Below, one piece after another: positions 1 through 15,145 of a stretch of DNA of 64,000 bases; the stretch's first letter is position 1; every line of letters begins with the position of its first letter. Location: NCBI GenBank assembly GCA_035084275.1, contig CM068748.1, positions 6,324,001 to 6,388,000 on the forward strand. Direction: 5' to 3'. This DNA is from Hydrolagus colliei. Its lineage: Eukaryota. Below the pieces are notes generated by a model. The model was not told the DNA's origin. It made no database searches and saw nothing but the letters and a program-made list of their open reading frames with translations. The translations under genes and the position numbers were made by a program.

Positions 1-3000
1 TCTAATTCTTAAGTGTTCTAGAATTATACCCTGGGTGAGGTGTGCTATATAAACGCAAGTTGTTGTTTTCTATGCTCACTTCATTCAGTACCTCTATATG
101 TGATTTTATTGTATAGTGTATATCGAAAGACTAATAACAGATTTAATTAAATTCCTAATGCTTCTATGTATATTTCCAATTCAAGATAAAGTGTAGTTAA
201 AAATGTCCCTGAACATCAATGTCCCCGAGCTGGCTTGTTTTGGGCCGAGCTAGCACATCTGAAATGCTAAGGCTCCAAATAATCATAAATGTCCCCATAG
301 TACTGTATTTTGAAAATTGCCGTGATATATTTAGCCCTCATGGGCGTTTTAGTATAAAATGAACAGTTGCCAGACATTTTCATGCCAACTGATTCATGAG
401 AAAACAAACTATGAAGCTATCACAAGGGGAAACAGATGCACTTGCTTTATAGGGTTGATAATTCAGTTGTCTTTACGCATTGGCTTTGACTTCAGCTTGT
501 GAGGGTCAGAACATTTCAGGTCTATGTGTAACCAAATATGAAGCCATCTCCAATTTCAGCAATATGTATATCTCCGGACTACAGGGAGTATAACATATCA
601 ACACAACTGCATTATTAGGGTAGATGGTTTTTTACAAACCTATAAATTCTGTGAGACCTCCCTTGATTTATTTTTTTGCCAATTCATTCAGGATTGAAAA
701 TAATATGTATGACTATGAGATTGCTATTGACCATACTCTTTACCTCCCTCCACCACACTCACCCAAAAATACTGCAGAAACGGTACATTTAAATTATGAA
801 AACATTGGATGAATGTACAGTATATTCTGGATTTTTTGCTTGATTATTTCTGGGGTTCAGGAAATATCTATGCTCACTTACTTGCAATTTTGAGTAGTAA
901 ATAAAAAATGCGTAGAGACACCATCGTTGAGCATCAATACTGATGTGATCTCCATACTCAGATTTACATGGAGCATGTACTTTGACCTTTTTGTGTACGT
1001 ATGTACTTTGATCTTTTTGTATGTTTGTTAGTAAAATGTTAAGATGAAAATCTAGTGTTTTTCATGAAAAGTAAGTGGGACATCCTCCTGACGTGAAAGG
1101 CGCTACACAAACGTAATTTTGTTGTTGTTGTAATTGTTCTTTTTGATTGTGTGCACTTTACTTCCTTGGTTACTACTTATGGCTATTTGCTAAAATGGTG
1201 TATAACATGGGTGAAAACATCAGAAACACCAGTAATATAGTATAAAGAGGTGTGCTGTTAATCATGGTCACTATTTACTCTATTGGCCTTCACTGGAAAT
1301 TATTCCACAAGTTAACTTTCCTCAGTGTAGAATAATCTGTTTATTTCAACCTCACCCTCCTGAATTTGAGATTGTGACATTTTATGGAGTACTTCTCTCC
1401 ATGGAATACAGAATTGCAATCCAGGTTCTCTGTACTCTTTTATATTTTCTCAAAAAATTATATGAGAGTTGAAACGTGTATTCAGTGTGTGTAGAGTAAT
1501 ATCTATTTTTAAATTGATGTTTAAAGCTCTAATAATCAATTTCCTTCATAAAAAAATAAATTGACACAAGAATTTATGTTTTTCCTCAGTTTTATTTTCA
1601 GGACTCTAGTTAAACTAGGCGTTCCTCTTTAATCTTTATTGCTTAAATTATTCGGTCACAGAAATCTGGAAACAGAAAATGTTCTCTTTTGTATCCACTG
1701 AGCCAAGCTAGGTCAATATAATTAGGGTTTTGCAGCTGCCTGCATCTCCTATAAGCAGCATGCCAGAGTACGACAGAGATGTCTCTAATGGTTACATTGG
1801 GAATTAAACACAAAAGGAAGCATCTCTGCAACATTTTGTGAGTTCACCCCTGCAGTGTGTCAAGCGTAACTATTTCTCATTTTGAAATCGATTCGGGTAA
1901 GATTAGGTGTATTTTTAAAATCCGAAGATAGTAAAGCTAGTCCTGTTTCTAAAATCTATTTTAGTAAGATTAAATACAAACCACTGTACATCAGATGCAT
2001 TTTAAGAACCGAAGATGATACAATATTAATTATAGATGATAAAATATCCGAAGATGATAAAATATCAGTTCATAAACATACTGCATTTTATCAATATCCT
2101 AAGGGAACATGTATTGGTGGTGGGTAACTGATGGCTCATGAGCCATAAGTGGCCCTATAGGGACATCAAGAAGTGTCCCGTCGAATATTCACACTAGCCT
2201 AGGTGAGATTGTTTGGAATCAATGTTTTGTTTCCAGTGGCTGCTGAGTACTGATGTTGATGGTGTGGCCATAAATCAAGAAATATTCAATTAAAAAAATG
2301 TATTTGGTTTGCTGACCAAAAAAGTTTCCCACCACTGATCTAGAGTAAAGTCCTAAATTATCATGCTTTGATTATTTATGTATAATGTTCACGCACAATC
2401 CAGACAAAATCTTTGTCCCATATGTGTCCACCCACCTGCCAAAAATTGAGATATGTACATTTGCATTTAATCATTATTGTGCAGTCAAAAACAGCTACAA
2501 CCTTTTATACCTTAATCCTGGGAATTGTTGCAATAAATTACTATAAAGAGGAAATAGTTCCCACTGTGGTCAGAGCCAGTAGCACAACTGAGAGTTCTCA
2601 TGATATCCATAGAGCATGAAAACAGTAGTTCATGTATTCATCCAAAAGCGAACACTAGAATATCTTGCAAACAAATAATATATACTCTATGTGTGTTCTT
2701 TTCCTCTAATCTTACAGAGAGTAGGCAATCCAGAATTTATATGAAATCACTGCAAAATATTGAAATTAGCAATTTTTGTAAAAAAAAAGCAAACTCACAA
2801 AAAACGGTAGGCTAATGATTCAGAATGATTCATAACATCAATCAGTGGTTAGACTGTACAAAGTCACTTAAGGTTTGGCCACTATTATTCCTTAAATTGC
2901 TTTTAGATTTCATTGCTCATTGTCTGAAGCCTGGGAGATTCTAAAAATTCTGTTTTGCTTAAAAATTAATCCCAATTGACATGTTATGTGACATAGTTGC

Positions 3001-4615
3001 ATTCATTTTCATAATGACTTAATTACATTGTGAGCTGCAAACAACTTTGCAGGGATTACTACATAATAGTAATAGATCTACTTTATGATATCAACATTAT
3101 ATGAAAAGAAATGGTTTTATGTGGCTATAATTAGCATTTTATGCTGAAATAGAAAACTGAGATGTTATTAAAATGTAGGCATGCTCAGTGTTTTAATGTA
3201 TAATTGTCATAAAATAACTGGAACATTCATTCATGAGACTAAACTTTTTTTTCCATTGAATATCATCAACGAGACTGAAACCATTTTGTCTGGTTTACTT
3301 TTGGCAACACCTAAGTTCCCCTGGCTCTAGTCCATCACCTTCCAACCTACTCATCCTAGTTGAACCAGATATTGGACAACCTTGATGTTCTTCATGTCCC
3401 CGACCTGAACATGACACCATGGCCCTTTGCCAAATCCACTCACTTTGCTCACTACTTATGCCCTTACGGCACCCTCCATTTCCCCCCCCCACCCACTGCT
3501 GCAGAAGCCCTATCCACCACTCCACTGAAATACACGTTCCTTATCTGGATTAATTATAGAATAAAATGAAGGACATAAACTTCATAAGTATCATAGTATG
3601 TCATCACTCAAGGACTTCAAGTCCCTAACCAATCAGTGACCCAAACACTGCTGTAATTCATCCCTTGACCATCTGTTATTTTTTATGAGGATTGTTTCCC
3701 TTGGTGAAAATGTAAAAGAAAGTTAAATATAGTCTGTCATGATGAGCTGACTGGACAGTTTGTATGCTTGGCGAATATCCCAATTTTCACAGAAATATCC
3801 CAGTTCACTCAACTGTATCCTAAGCTCCTGTGCCCTTTAAGAAAGAGCCCAATTTGGCAAATTCACAAATACCTAATTGGATAGTCTCATCTGTCACCAC
3901 ATGATTAGTCTTTACAATAGACACCAAGACATCTCATATTAAGGGGTCTGCCATTGAGATTTGAGATGACATTCACTCTGACTTTTGATCTTGAGATATT
4001 CTTAGATATTGTCAGAGCACAATCCAATCGCTAGGGCTGACTGACCAATCATCTGCAACCAATAACCTTTGTATATTCTCCAAAGGCAAAGCTATGATCA
4101 CTGGTCAGCTGTCAGGTGGTGAAAAAGAGAAAGGAAGAGAAACTACAGAGATTGCTGCAAGAGAAAAGGAAACCTGCACGGAGAGCCTAAGGTAAAGATC
4201 AAGGAAAGAGGGAGGCCATTCAGAAGATGACAGAGAACAAATGTAAAGTGAGTCAGATTGCAAAGATTAAGATACAGATTAAAGTATGAAGAATAAAAAT
4301 AAAGATTGTTGACAATGAACAAGAGATGCAAGAAGATACAAACAAGAAGATACAATTCTAGTATTTCTTATCAATTATATTTTGCACCTATTGCAAGCGG
4401 CCTATTCCAAGGCCTCTGACACGCATGCTGCACAGATTGCTATAAAGATCTCTGAAGTGCCTTTTAATGTGTCTCTTGTTCTATGATGCAAACGCTCAAA
4501 AACTCCCCACAATAGTGCAGGTGGGACAGACACAATGGGCTGAATGGTCTCCTTCTGTACTGAAAATGTTTACTTGATAACTAACCCACTGGTGAGTTGC
4601 AGGCATGCTCCTTTA

Positions 4616-5041
<426 letters not shown>

Positions 5042-6276
5042 CTAAGAAAGAGAGTGTGCATGTCAAACATTGACTGGACTTGTAAACGATGCTGAGGAAC
5101 AGTGTAAAATGATCAAACTTATTCACAAATAATACATCACAAATATAACTAAAGGCACATCTGTCATTGACCTTTAGTTGGAACATTTTTACAGCATCTG
5201 TCAAAACAGTGAAATTCAATCTTTTTCTTCCTGAGTTTGAAGGAAACGTATGAGTTTGCACGTTTGATAAAATACGGAAGAAGAAAAATGTTACAAGGAC
5301 ATTTCATATGACAAATCTGCTCTTGCACGTAGAAGGCCAGAGAGGCTGTATCAGACCATTTCTAATTGCTAATGCTAAATCCTTTCAGGATGTGATTTCT
5401 TATGACAAGGTTACGGTGCAAGAAGTCAACCCTTGCTACCTTCACTTTATCACTACCTCCAGAGGACTGTCACATTCTGTGCTGACTGTGAAAGACATTG
5501 TTTTCCAGAGCTAGGCATGCATTTTGCTGGTTAGTGGACAATAGTGTGACTTAAAAATAAAATGTATTGTTTCCCTGGTGACATTTTTGACCTAATTGCA
5601 AGATATCATTACTCCAATTTATTTGGGACTTATGACTTACAAAATACTATACTGGATATTTTACTTTGCTTTAATTAAACGTCAATTATTTTCCAATACA
5701 ACTCAAAGGAAGTCATCAACATGCATGAATCTGTCTTTTGGAAGTTTAAAGCAGAAAGTGTCAGAAAAGTTATTAATAATTTAGTATTGTTAATATTTAC
5801 TAATATTGGACACAGGAACCGATCTGGAACATACTGTCAGCTGCTTTGTGCAAATCTGAAAATGTTACAAAACTCCCACATGTAACTTAAAAAGTATATA
5901 GATTTAAAAACAAGACATTGTAATTTAATGTTGGAGTTCAGATAATGGTTGTAAACCACTTGTTCTTTGGTCTCGGGGGTTATGACCTATTCAACCTTTT
6001 CAGCTCATCATATATCCATTATTCATAGAGTTGTCTGCGGTAGACTACCTTAACTGTGGTCATATGATGAATGGAAGACCAAACTTGTTCAGATCTTCAA
6101 AGGGCACAGCTATGTTGTTACTTTTTGATTAATTTGTGATTAATATTTAATGTAGTAGTTCCTGTCTTTTGCCTTTTGGACAAAATAGTGCAATTTATTG
6201 TTGAACAAAAAGTGTTGTACAGTATTTTGAAAGTGAGAGTGTGAATCCCTTTGCTGCTTTATTATGTGATAACTAC

Positions 6277-6379
6277 CTGATTGTTCATCCAATTGACTGC
6301 TTTATGGAGAATTCCTTCTTCCTTCCCTGCCTCGGGACAGGTTATCAAAAAGTCCACATCATGGCCAATCTCCTTTCCT
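6277..6379 (-). CDS. DNTT: DNTT exon 8 (catalytic DVD): (R)GKEIGHDVDFLITCPEAGKEEGILHKAVNWMNNQ
   Basis: TTTTCACAG| acceptor, CAG|GTAGTT donor, 103 nt; GHDVDF intact. Confidence 0.97.
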
Positions 6380-6828
6380 CTGTGAAAATAGAGAAGCTGA
6401 AATCTGATGCCACTGAAAATGTAATTTTAGTCCTTTATAACAAAATCAACATTCTTTCTAAGGTGTAAAATAAAAATGCTTGACAAACAAGGTACAGTAA
6501 AGTAAATCTAGCTCACGCACTGAATTTCTCTTCAGATTAAAATTTTATTTCCACCTCAAATGATGTTCAAATGTATTTGCTCTATAGATTCAATGGAATA
6601 TGAGGATCCTTATCTTTTTAGAACAGGCAGGAAGGGGCAATCATAATAATAATAATAATAACACTTGCATTTGATATAGCACTTTCCACATCTTCTAAAC
6701 ATCTCAATACATTGGATAAATACCTATCACACTTACTAACTTGGTAGTTAATAGATAATTAATTGAAGGCGCCTTCAACTGCCCAGGATAGGATGGGCAA
6801 GATTCCATACAAAATAAATAAAAATAAA

Positions 6829-7000
6829 TTAGTCACTCAATTCACGACTATTTGTGGGAAGTTGCTGTGTACAATTGGCTGCCGTGTTTTGCCCACAAAG
6901 TGTCGTCAATTCCCTTTGCAGTATATACTGTGAAGCGCTTTGAGATGTCTCGAAAATGGAATAAGGCGCTGTATCAAATACCAGAAATATTATTATAATG
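6829..7000 (+). mobile_element. SINE 3' half
   Basis: Body and tail motif. Other 5'-truncated copies lie at about 6648-6712(-), 19785-19865(+), 22105-22180(-), 38878-39022(-), 40276-40378(+), 40940-41158(+), 43028-43192(-), 43322-43462(-), 49440-49545(-), 52450-52490(-), 57940-58040(+). Confidence 0.8.
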
Positions 7001-7424
7001 TTAAAATTACAGGGCATAAAAACATTACACACAACAAATTAGTAGCTCATTCTACTTGTTGTTATTGCATTAGTGAGAAATCGACGATTATTAAGATGAC
7101 ATTTCAAAATAAATGATAAATATTTCTTGAAAGATAAACCGGGATATTTGTGTCTAAAACATGATTTGTACAAAATGATAATTTATCACCGACACAGTAA
7201 TCTGACATTGCAGAACAAAAGGAGAGCCCAGCCCTTTGTCCCAGGTGAACATACCCAAGATGTTCTAAAGTGATGTGAATCTGAATCTATTATCTCCTAA
7301 ACAGCATCAGCTTCATCAAATGCTACAGCACAACACTGAAATGATAAGGAATGGAATGCTGCACATTTCAACTTTTCAGACAATGTATCAATGAGAAAAA
7401 AAAAGCTTCAGCACGAGACCGAGC

Positions 7425-7805
7425 ATCTTTCATTGGATGGTCTCATCTACTCTTTGCCCTCCTCCCTCCACAAGCTGTAGATCATCCAGAACTTTGCAGC
7501 TCATGTCCTCTCCTATAACAGGCTCCGTGACCCAATCACCCAGAGGATACAGTTCAAGATCCTGGCCTTCACTGTCAAGGACCCCCACGGCCTGGCTCCT
7601 CCACTGTGACCTGCTGACTCCATAATCAAAACGTGCGCTCCCTCCACTCTGCAGTTTCCAGTATGCTCCACATTCCCCGCCTAGCCCACCCATGCACAAT
7701 TGGCTGCTACGTTTCACCCACAAATATACTGTCAATTTAACTTCACAGTACTGTCTAGAAGATGTGAAAAGCGCTGTATCAAATGCAAGGATAATTATTA
7801 TTATT
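7425..7805 (+). mobile_element. L2 ORF2 3' fragment fused to a SINE 3' half
   Basis: LPSSLHKL.IIQN.AA-type L2 sequence to about 7690, then CACAATTGGCTGC...AAGCGCTGTATCAAATGCAAGG SINE tail. Confidence 0.75.
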
Positions 7806-10800
7806 AAGAGCTTTCAACATTTCTCGGACCATCTAATGAATTGTTCAAGGTAACACAAGATCAGACACAAATCAAATTCCAGAATGAAGTTTGAACATTC
7901 TTTTTGATAGCTATGAAACAATTGAAATAGTGCAAGATGAGACATGAGATGTATTTTTCTGCATAATTACATGTCAAATAAAAATTATAGTGGATCATCG
8001 ATGAAAACAAAACCAGATCAAGAGATGAATGTAACACACTGGAAAAAAGCATCATAATGAACAACAAATTAATAATATTATTAAGCATTATTAATAATAA
8101 AATTGTAGAAACCAGTTATGAGGAAATATAAACTGATGAAACAAAGACAATCATAGTTAAATATTGCTGATGAACTTTTCAATATTTATGAAATTTATGA
8201 GATTCAATGCAAACAACAATTAAATGTGTTAATTTATTTTGTATACTGGTCAAATTCCAGATGGTTTTATTTTCTCTGAAATCTTTAAACACAAATAGAT
8301 CGGAATGACTTAAGGAGGGAAATAAACCAGTGGCTGAAGACTCTCATTTTACTGTCTTGCTGCACCTAAAGTAATTCCAGACTAAGTTTTGATTGTACTG
8401 AAGAACCACATTGCACTGACCTTAAAAAAAGGTGTAACATTGCAAAGTATTCCTTGCACAAAGAAACAATGAAGCTAGAAAAGCCAACAATCAATATTAA
8501 AAGGAAACTCAGAAGTTAAAATACACAATTTCAGTGAGAAGCTGAAATCTGTGTATTCCTTCTTGCATGCTGACTGGTGAACATGTAATTCATTCTACTT
8601 AAGACGATGCTAAAAGGGGAATAAGTGTGGCACAAGTTCACTCACCCTCCAATTTCTCCCCTCTCCCTATGGGAAATCACTTCACCTTCACTTGATGCTT
8701 CTCTGTGACAGCATAACAAAGATCAAGATCCTTGCCAGATGAAGAATCATGCGCATTCTACCATTTCATGGCACAGCATGTAACAGAATCAATACACTGT
8801 GCTCACAAGCTCTTCTCTTTCCTTTTCTTTACAATTCTTTATTTGTTTCCACAACATTTTGATATATTGAGTGGCATACGAATATGGTGCAGTTGGAAAT
8901 CATTGATACAAGGGCTTACTGTGAGTCACGAAAATTATCCTGATAACAAATAAAAATAATCCTTACATTTGATGTAGTCCCTTTCACATTAGGAGGACAT
9001 CTGAAAGCTCTTCACCAGATATACTGGGTGGATGGCCTGTATTTTTGTAGGTAAACGCTGCAACTTAAGTGCTCTGGGACGCTAACCTACATAGGGGTGT
9101 TATATAAATGCAAGTTGTTGTTCTTGTAATATCTACAAATATGAATATCACACAAGCAGCTGTACTCATGAATCCTTTAATAGTCAAGCCCATCTTTTAT
9201 ATAACATAATTCATATCTTATTCTACCCCATTTTTCTCTGAAACACATATCCTTTTTAAATAGAGATAACTTATATTTCCATTCAAATGTTTCACTACCA
9301 ATTAGGATGCAGTGTTATGACATACACTGTATTGTTGTATCTAGCAAAATTCTGCAGCATAAAGGCAAAAGGGTATTTCATAATGGGTTTGATGTGATAA
9401 CAAAGTCTGTTATGAAATTATGTATTTTTCACTCCCCAAATATTCCAAAGTACTATCTTTGGACATTACAAAAATATGTTCATATTTTGTAAAATCAAAG
9501 AGGAATTTCAGGAGATAAGACGTTAAACCAAATTACAAAGAAACAACCTTACTGTCAAGCACTCTCCAGACAAAATTTATTGTGGTAGGAGACAAGTCAT
9601 CTCTAGTGCAGATTAATGACCTTGTTTACTTCCTTCCAAAGCACTATCAAAGATTATCCAATTGAAAGTCTGAGGACAGAGTAGAAGACATTGTAAGACA
9701 GATATGTCTGGAAATATCTGCACTAAAGTGAACATTCCATTTCAATTTATAATGGAAGCTACACAAATTTTTAATTCTGCAGTAAACTGAGTTTATTCAT
9801 GTCCATCAACAGTAAGAGACTCCATAGGTATGCTGTAAAATATAAATTAATTCAACAGTAACAATGCACACAGCGTAAATAATATTTATTTGGGAATCTG
9901 AAGATATTGACATTAATACTGACCCTGAGTTAATAAGAATTAAGTTATGGCATATTGTTTTCTGACTTTTGTTAGTAGAGAAAAAAACTTGGTAGCTTGG
10001 AAACAATATTGGTGTCCCTGCCCTGCCATTGCTATTTCTTTCTCTCTGTTATTAATGACATGAAATTTACCCCATTTCACTGTTAATTTATTGAACCTGT
10101 CAAATATTTAGTTTAGTCATCTCAAAGATTAATCAACGCCTTCTGGTTAATGTTCTAGATTTTGTTTGCTAAAAATACAATGATTTTTTCCAGCCCATTT
10201 CTTCCTTAATCCCTCCACCCACTAAGTACAGTATAACAACAACTTTTATGACAACCTCATGGCTTAGGCTTTCACCACAAAGTTGAACCCATAGTCATAT
10301 TGACTACCCAGTGAAGCAGTGACTTCATAATTACATTTCTATTCTGTGGTGAAGAGCAATTCTTAGATCTAATTACAAACACATTCTTGGATCTAATTTC
10401 TTTGTGAAAATAGAGCTAAAGTCTGTGAGGGTCCAGCCATACAAAGTGAAAAGTTATTTTTGTTGAAAAAAGGCTACTTACAATGTGGATGTTTGCACAC
10501 CTACAAGTGTTCTCTTAGTGACAGGGGAAATAATTGGTGATTGCTGAGTGAGATATTCCACAACTGGGCTCCAATCCAATTTAGACTGAGGCAATGAAAG
10601 TCTTCTCTTTCTGATGACTATGAGTCTAATTCCCAATGAGTGTGAATTCACCACATAAAGTTGCAAATAATTCAGCACTAATTGGCAGCCTTACTCAGAG
10701 AACTTATGTGGATGGTTGACATGGGAAATGTAAACTGATATACTGTATATTACTATGATGAGCACAAAAAAAATAGAAATTAAAAGGCACGAGAAAATCC

Positions 10801-10982
10801 TATTAGTTCTGGCTGAAAACTCTCTCTGGTAGATAAATATATTTCTAATGTTTTCTTTTTCTTGTTCAATACATTAAGCAGAAAATGACTGAACATAAAA
10901 TAATTCTGTTCACAGATTTACATTTTTGTTGAGCAGTCGAATGATGTCAGTGATAGTAGATGCACCAATTTTGGTGGGGAAA

Positions 10983-11322
10983 ACATAGAATCATACAGCA
11001 CAGAAGGAGGCCATTTGGCCCATCGTGTCTGCGCTTGTCCAACTCAATCCCACTGGCCCGCTTTCTCTCCATAGCCCTGTAATCTTGTCCTCCCCAATTA
11101 CCCATTTAATTCTCTCTTAAAAGTTGTTATTGAATCGGCTTCCACCACCTGTTCAGGTAATGCATTCGACATCCGAACAACTCGCTGGGTGAAAAAAATA
11201 TTATTTACCTACCCTCTGTTTCTTTTAACAATTATCTTAAATCAGTATCCTCGGGTTACTGACCCACATGCCAATGGAAACAGTTTTTCCAGTTTCAACC
11301 TATCAAATCTCCTCATGATCTA
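10983..11322 (-). mobile_element. CR1 LINE 3' end
   Basis: ACATAGAATCATACAGCACAGAAGGAGGCCATTTGGCCCATCGTG... is a typical CR1 3' terminus on the - strand; same family as 36990-37142. Confidence 0.8.
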
Positions 11323-13165
11323 AAAGACATTAAAAGTGAGTGTGTGCATTTTGCATATACAGTATGCATATTATGTGATAGAAGTTTGTATAGTTATTTT
11401 GTTACATAGGTTGATTAATGATTTCATAGTTAACGTTAGATTATGGGCAACAGTTAACGCTAAAATTATAGGTGCTTGAATACGTTACAAATATTATTCA
11501 CCATTATAATAATTATGCCACAGTATATGGCTCCACTTCAACTTTTACAGCCGTATTGTTATTATATGTAGAATAGCTTACCTCTACAAATCTTTGTTTC
11601 CAATTAAACCCTTCTCCCTGCTGCACATCCAGCGATAGGCCACTTTAACTAGTCAGTAATACTGTTCTTTCATTGCCCCCTTCTCTTTTCTTCGCTCAAA
11701 GCAGAGTGTATTGTTTTCAACTTGTTGTACTTAGGTGAAAAATTCCAGGCAGTTGAGGGATAAATGTTGCAGGACAATTTTCAGTTGTCAGAAGATATAG
11801 ATGTGGACAACACATGTTATTCCATCAACTTATAATTTTCAAAAAGTGATCCCAGGTGGTAATAGATGAAAATAAAATTATAATCTGGATATTACTGTTT
11901 AATGGAAAATACACGTCTTTGTTAAATGAAAGCATCAATCCATTTGACACAGGACATGTGGATATACTGATAACACCATGAATACTTCTAGTCACATATA
12001 CGGCTCTATTTCTAGCTTCACGGTCTATGATTGATATTGTGTACAGTGAGAAAGTGAACCTTCGTATAAGGTCTGGACTGCTGGACTGGCACTGTTCACT
12101 AACTGAAAAGAGATGTGGTTGGGAAAAAGACAATGTAAAACAACTGTAGATAGTTTCTAAAAAGGAAAATGAACTAAAAAGTAAATGAGCTAAGAATGGC
12201 AGCCTCAAAGTGTATGATCATTGTTTTTGACCAGACAGTCAGGATTAGGAATGACTGCACCAATAAATTGTTCTTGTTCAACAGCCCTAGATTTATTTCC
12301 TCCAGGTTTATCCTCTATTCTCCTGCAGTGCTAATTTATATTGGGGTTTCACCATTTCATGGCTAGGCTTCTAGAAGGGAGTAAATTGAGGCTGCATAAA
12401 TATTTGCAGTAATAAATTCTGCCATCCTATTATAAACTAGCATTGACAACATTTATGCAGAAGGTAATGACCAGTCTGGTCACTCTGGACAAATATAATA
12501 AATGACCAAGAGCAAGAAAAAATGCATTAAGAAATGTATGAACCATATAACTAATTTAAATACTGAGAAACATCATATAATTAGACAATTCTAAGTGAAA
12601 ATAAATCTTCCAGTACATTTGTGTAAGTGTTTCACACATCGGTCCACAAATGAACAGAATACAGTATAAAGCGTGGAATAATTCATTTTTAATGTGATTG
12701 ATCTGGGAACATTGTTACTAAACAGAACTATTCAGCGTGCTAAAAGTTTTATGGTCATTCTCAACACTGTTTCTTAAATGTTCTCATTTATATTTTCGAA
12801 AATATTTATGTTTCTACAAGATTAGAGAAGCCAATTTTCCATATGTTATATAAACTCAGTTTTACATAAATTTTCACTAATGTATGATTAAAATACTCCA
12901 CACTGATGAGAAAGCTTGTGCTATAACAGATGGAACTGTTAGATAACAGACAAGCAAAATAGTTCCATCTGTTACACCTTTCCACATGTGAAGGAATGTG
13001 TAATTAATTGAATACTGGAAACCTGAACTAAAAATGATTTCATGAAATGTAAAAGTATCATCATTACTTCTTTTTATTGAGAATATTGTTATGGCAGATG
13101 TTTAATAATCAAATGATGACTATTCAATACCTGTATTTTTTACACCAATATCCGGTAATCACCAT

Positions 13166-13485
13166 TAATAATAATAATAATAATAAGAATAATAATCCTT
13201 GCATTTGATACAGCACTTTTCACGTCTTCCAGACCTCTCAAAGCGGTTCACAGAATATACTGTAAAGTGAATTGACTGTATATATGTGGGTGAAACGTGG
13301 CAACCAATTGCACACAGAAATGTCCCACAAACAGTCGTGGATTGAAATAACCAATTTTATTTTAGGGATTATTATTACGGATGTGGAGTAAGGAAACTTG
13401 CCCAAAGTTTCACCGTGTCTGGAATCAAAACCAGGTTTCTTGCTTGTTAGGCGAATGCTCTAACCACTGAGCTACAGGATTCCAC
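13166..13485 (-). mobile_element. tRNA-derived SINE, full length
   Basis: A-box TAGCTCAGTGG head, body TGTGGGACA...CAATTGG.TGCC, stem-loop tail and (TTA)n end. Confidence 0.88.
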
Positions 13486-15145
13486 AAATATAACACTGTT
13501 GGTAAAATAGATTTCTAAAGGGGTAGAGGGATTAAGGGGTATGGGGATAAGGAGGGAACCATTACGAGAAAAAATTAATAGAACCATAAGATACACACTG
13601 AAATCATACATTCAAGGCCTGCTTTTAGGGATTAGTTTTGAAACTCACTGAAAATCATGCTTGTTTGCTCAACAAAGCAACAAAACCAGTGGGAAGATAC
13701 AGGGTGAAAGTGCACCTCTTTAAGAGGTTTGAAGGTTGGCAAACAAAACAATGCAAAGGGAGCTCGCAGAGAGCAAAGAAGACAAAGACAGAAAACAAAC
13801 TCAAAGCATTCTGATGAAAGACAGTATAAAAATACTGTAGGGTTGATGATTGAAGTACTCAAGAAATATTCTCCTTTGCATTGGTAAGAAATGACTGACT
13901 TACACCCAATGCAGAGTGGTTAATCTATATAGAATTCCTAATGAAGTAGTAAAAACATCATACAAATGTAAAATTGAACTCTGTGTAACTATATTGGTGC
14001 TTAACACCCTAACCTTGCTCATATTTTCCAGGCCTTAATTATGAACAAAATGTACATTTACCACTATTTCAAAAACATTAAACCACCTTCCATACTTTTT
14101 ATCCTTCTTGGTTTTGAGACCTTATTTGGGGAGAAAACACTTAGTGTAGACACTTAAACACCCACTTGATGGCAATACATGACATTCTGAAAAAATATTT
14201 TTTATTAAAATGAGAAGCTCACGCTTCCTTAGAAGCGGTTTATTCCTTGGTTAAGTTTTGCATATCATTTTGCTTCTGTTCTCTCCAACACAAGTTAATT
14301 TTGATTTGTTAAAGGTCAAGTACTTAATTTCTGGTTGTTAAGCCATTTGATTTGCATAATTACATCTAATATTCCATTGGATGGCTCATATTTGACATTG
14401 CATTAAGAAGCAAAAAAAAAGGCAGTAAATCATTCGTCAGTGTAATGCTGTACTGTGGAGGAGAATGCATCTAATACCTGTTCATTTAGCTTCCAAATAG
14501 CATTGATAATACTGTGGCCACAAGGTTATTGTCAAAATATCATATAATAAACCTAGCTCTTTTATTGAGATTTGGTGTCTAACTTGTAAAAAAAAACTTA
14601 AGATTGATCAATGTAAAAAGATAGAAGATAAAAATCCTTCAAATATAATTGAATTTTAATATTTTGCTAACGTCACTTGCTGAGGGAAAGATTCTCTCGC
14701 TGTAAGATATTTTTCTTCCCTATCTTTGGGCCTGCTGTGCCGCACTGCCTCTCCAGTTCAAAAGATTGCTAGCCATCCATCCTCAAGGTTTAAGTAGTAT
14801 TGCTAATAAAGAATTTAATAAAAGGTGATTCTTCTTCTTCATGGGAGAACCTCCCAATAATATTGTTGAGATCAGTAACTCAGGATGTGGCCTATGATGT
14901 GTATGAACTCTTACCTGATATTCCCTGCACTATCATAATACCCGGCCAATTTGACATACTGTATCATTAAATGCTACTCAAATGTAATTCAGGATATCAT
15001 TTCAAGGCAAAAGTATTTCAAAGGTAGAAAAATGTTTACAGAAACACTTTCCACAGTAGCCAGCACAGAGCAATGAATTATCTGTAATCTTTGAAGTGAG
15101 TCCAGCAAGTCAGCAATTAGTTCAGATTTTATTTGGTCCAGAATG

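Noticed and set aside
1643-1834. ORF with protein-like QNPNYIDLAWLSGYKREHF
   Set aside because: No family recognised, no donor site, and not similar to the TdT C-terminus.
4120-4355. Purine-rich stretch with coiled-coil-like translation
   Set aside because: Stops in all + frames; low-complexity composition explains the appearance.
11950-11980. + strand GHVDILITP resembling the TdT GHDVDFLIT motif
   Set aside because: Wrong strand, lacks one Asp, followed immediately by a stop; the true exon 8 is at 6277-6379.
11825-12208. 127-aa ORF on the - strand
   Set aside because: TTG start, no recognisable domain, no coherent splice-site pair; consistent with chance.
14905-14975. Strong - strand donor CAG|GTAAGA (and GAG|GTAAGC at 11583) suggesting extra DNTT exons in intron 7
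   Set aside because: No polypyrimidine acceptor or TdT-like coding sequence upstream; such sites are expected by chance in 64 kb.
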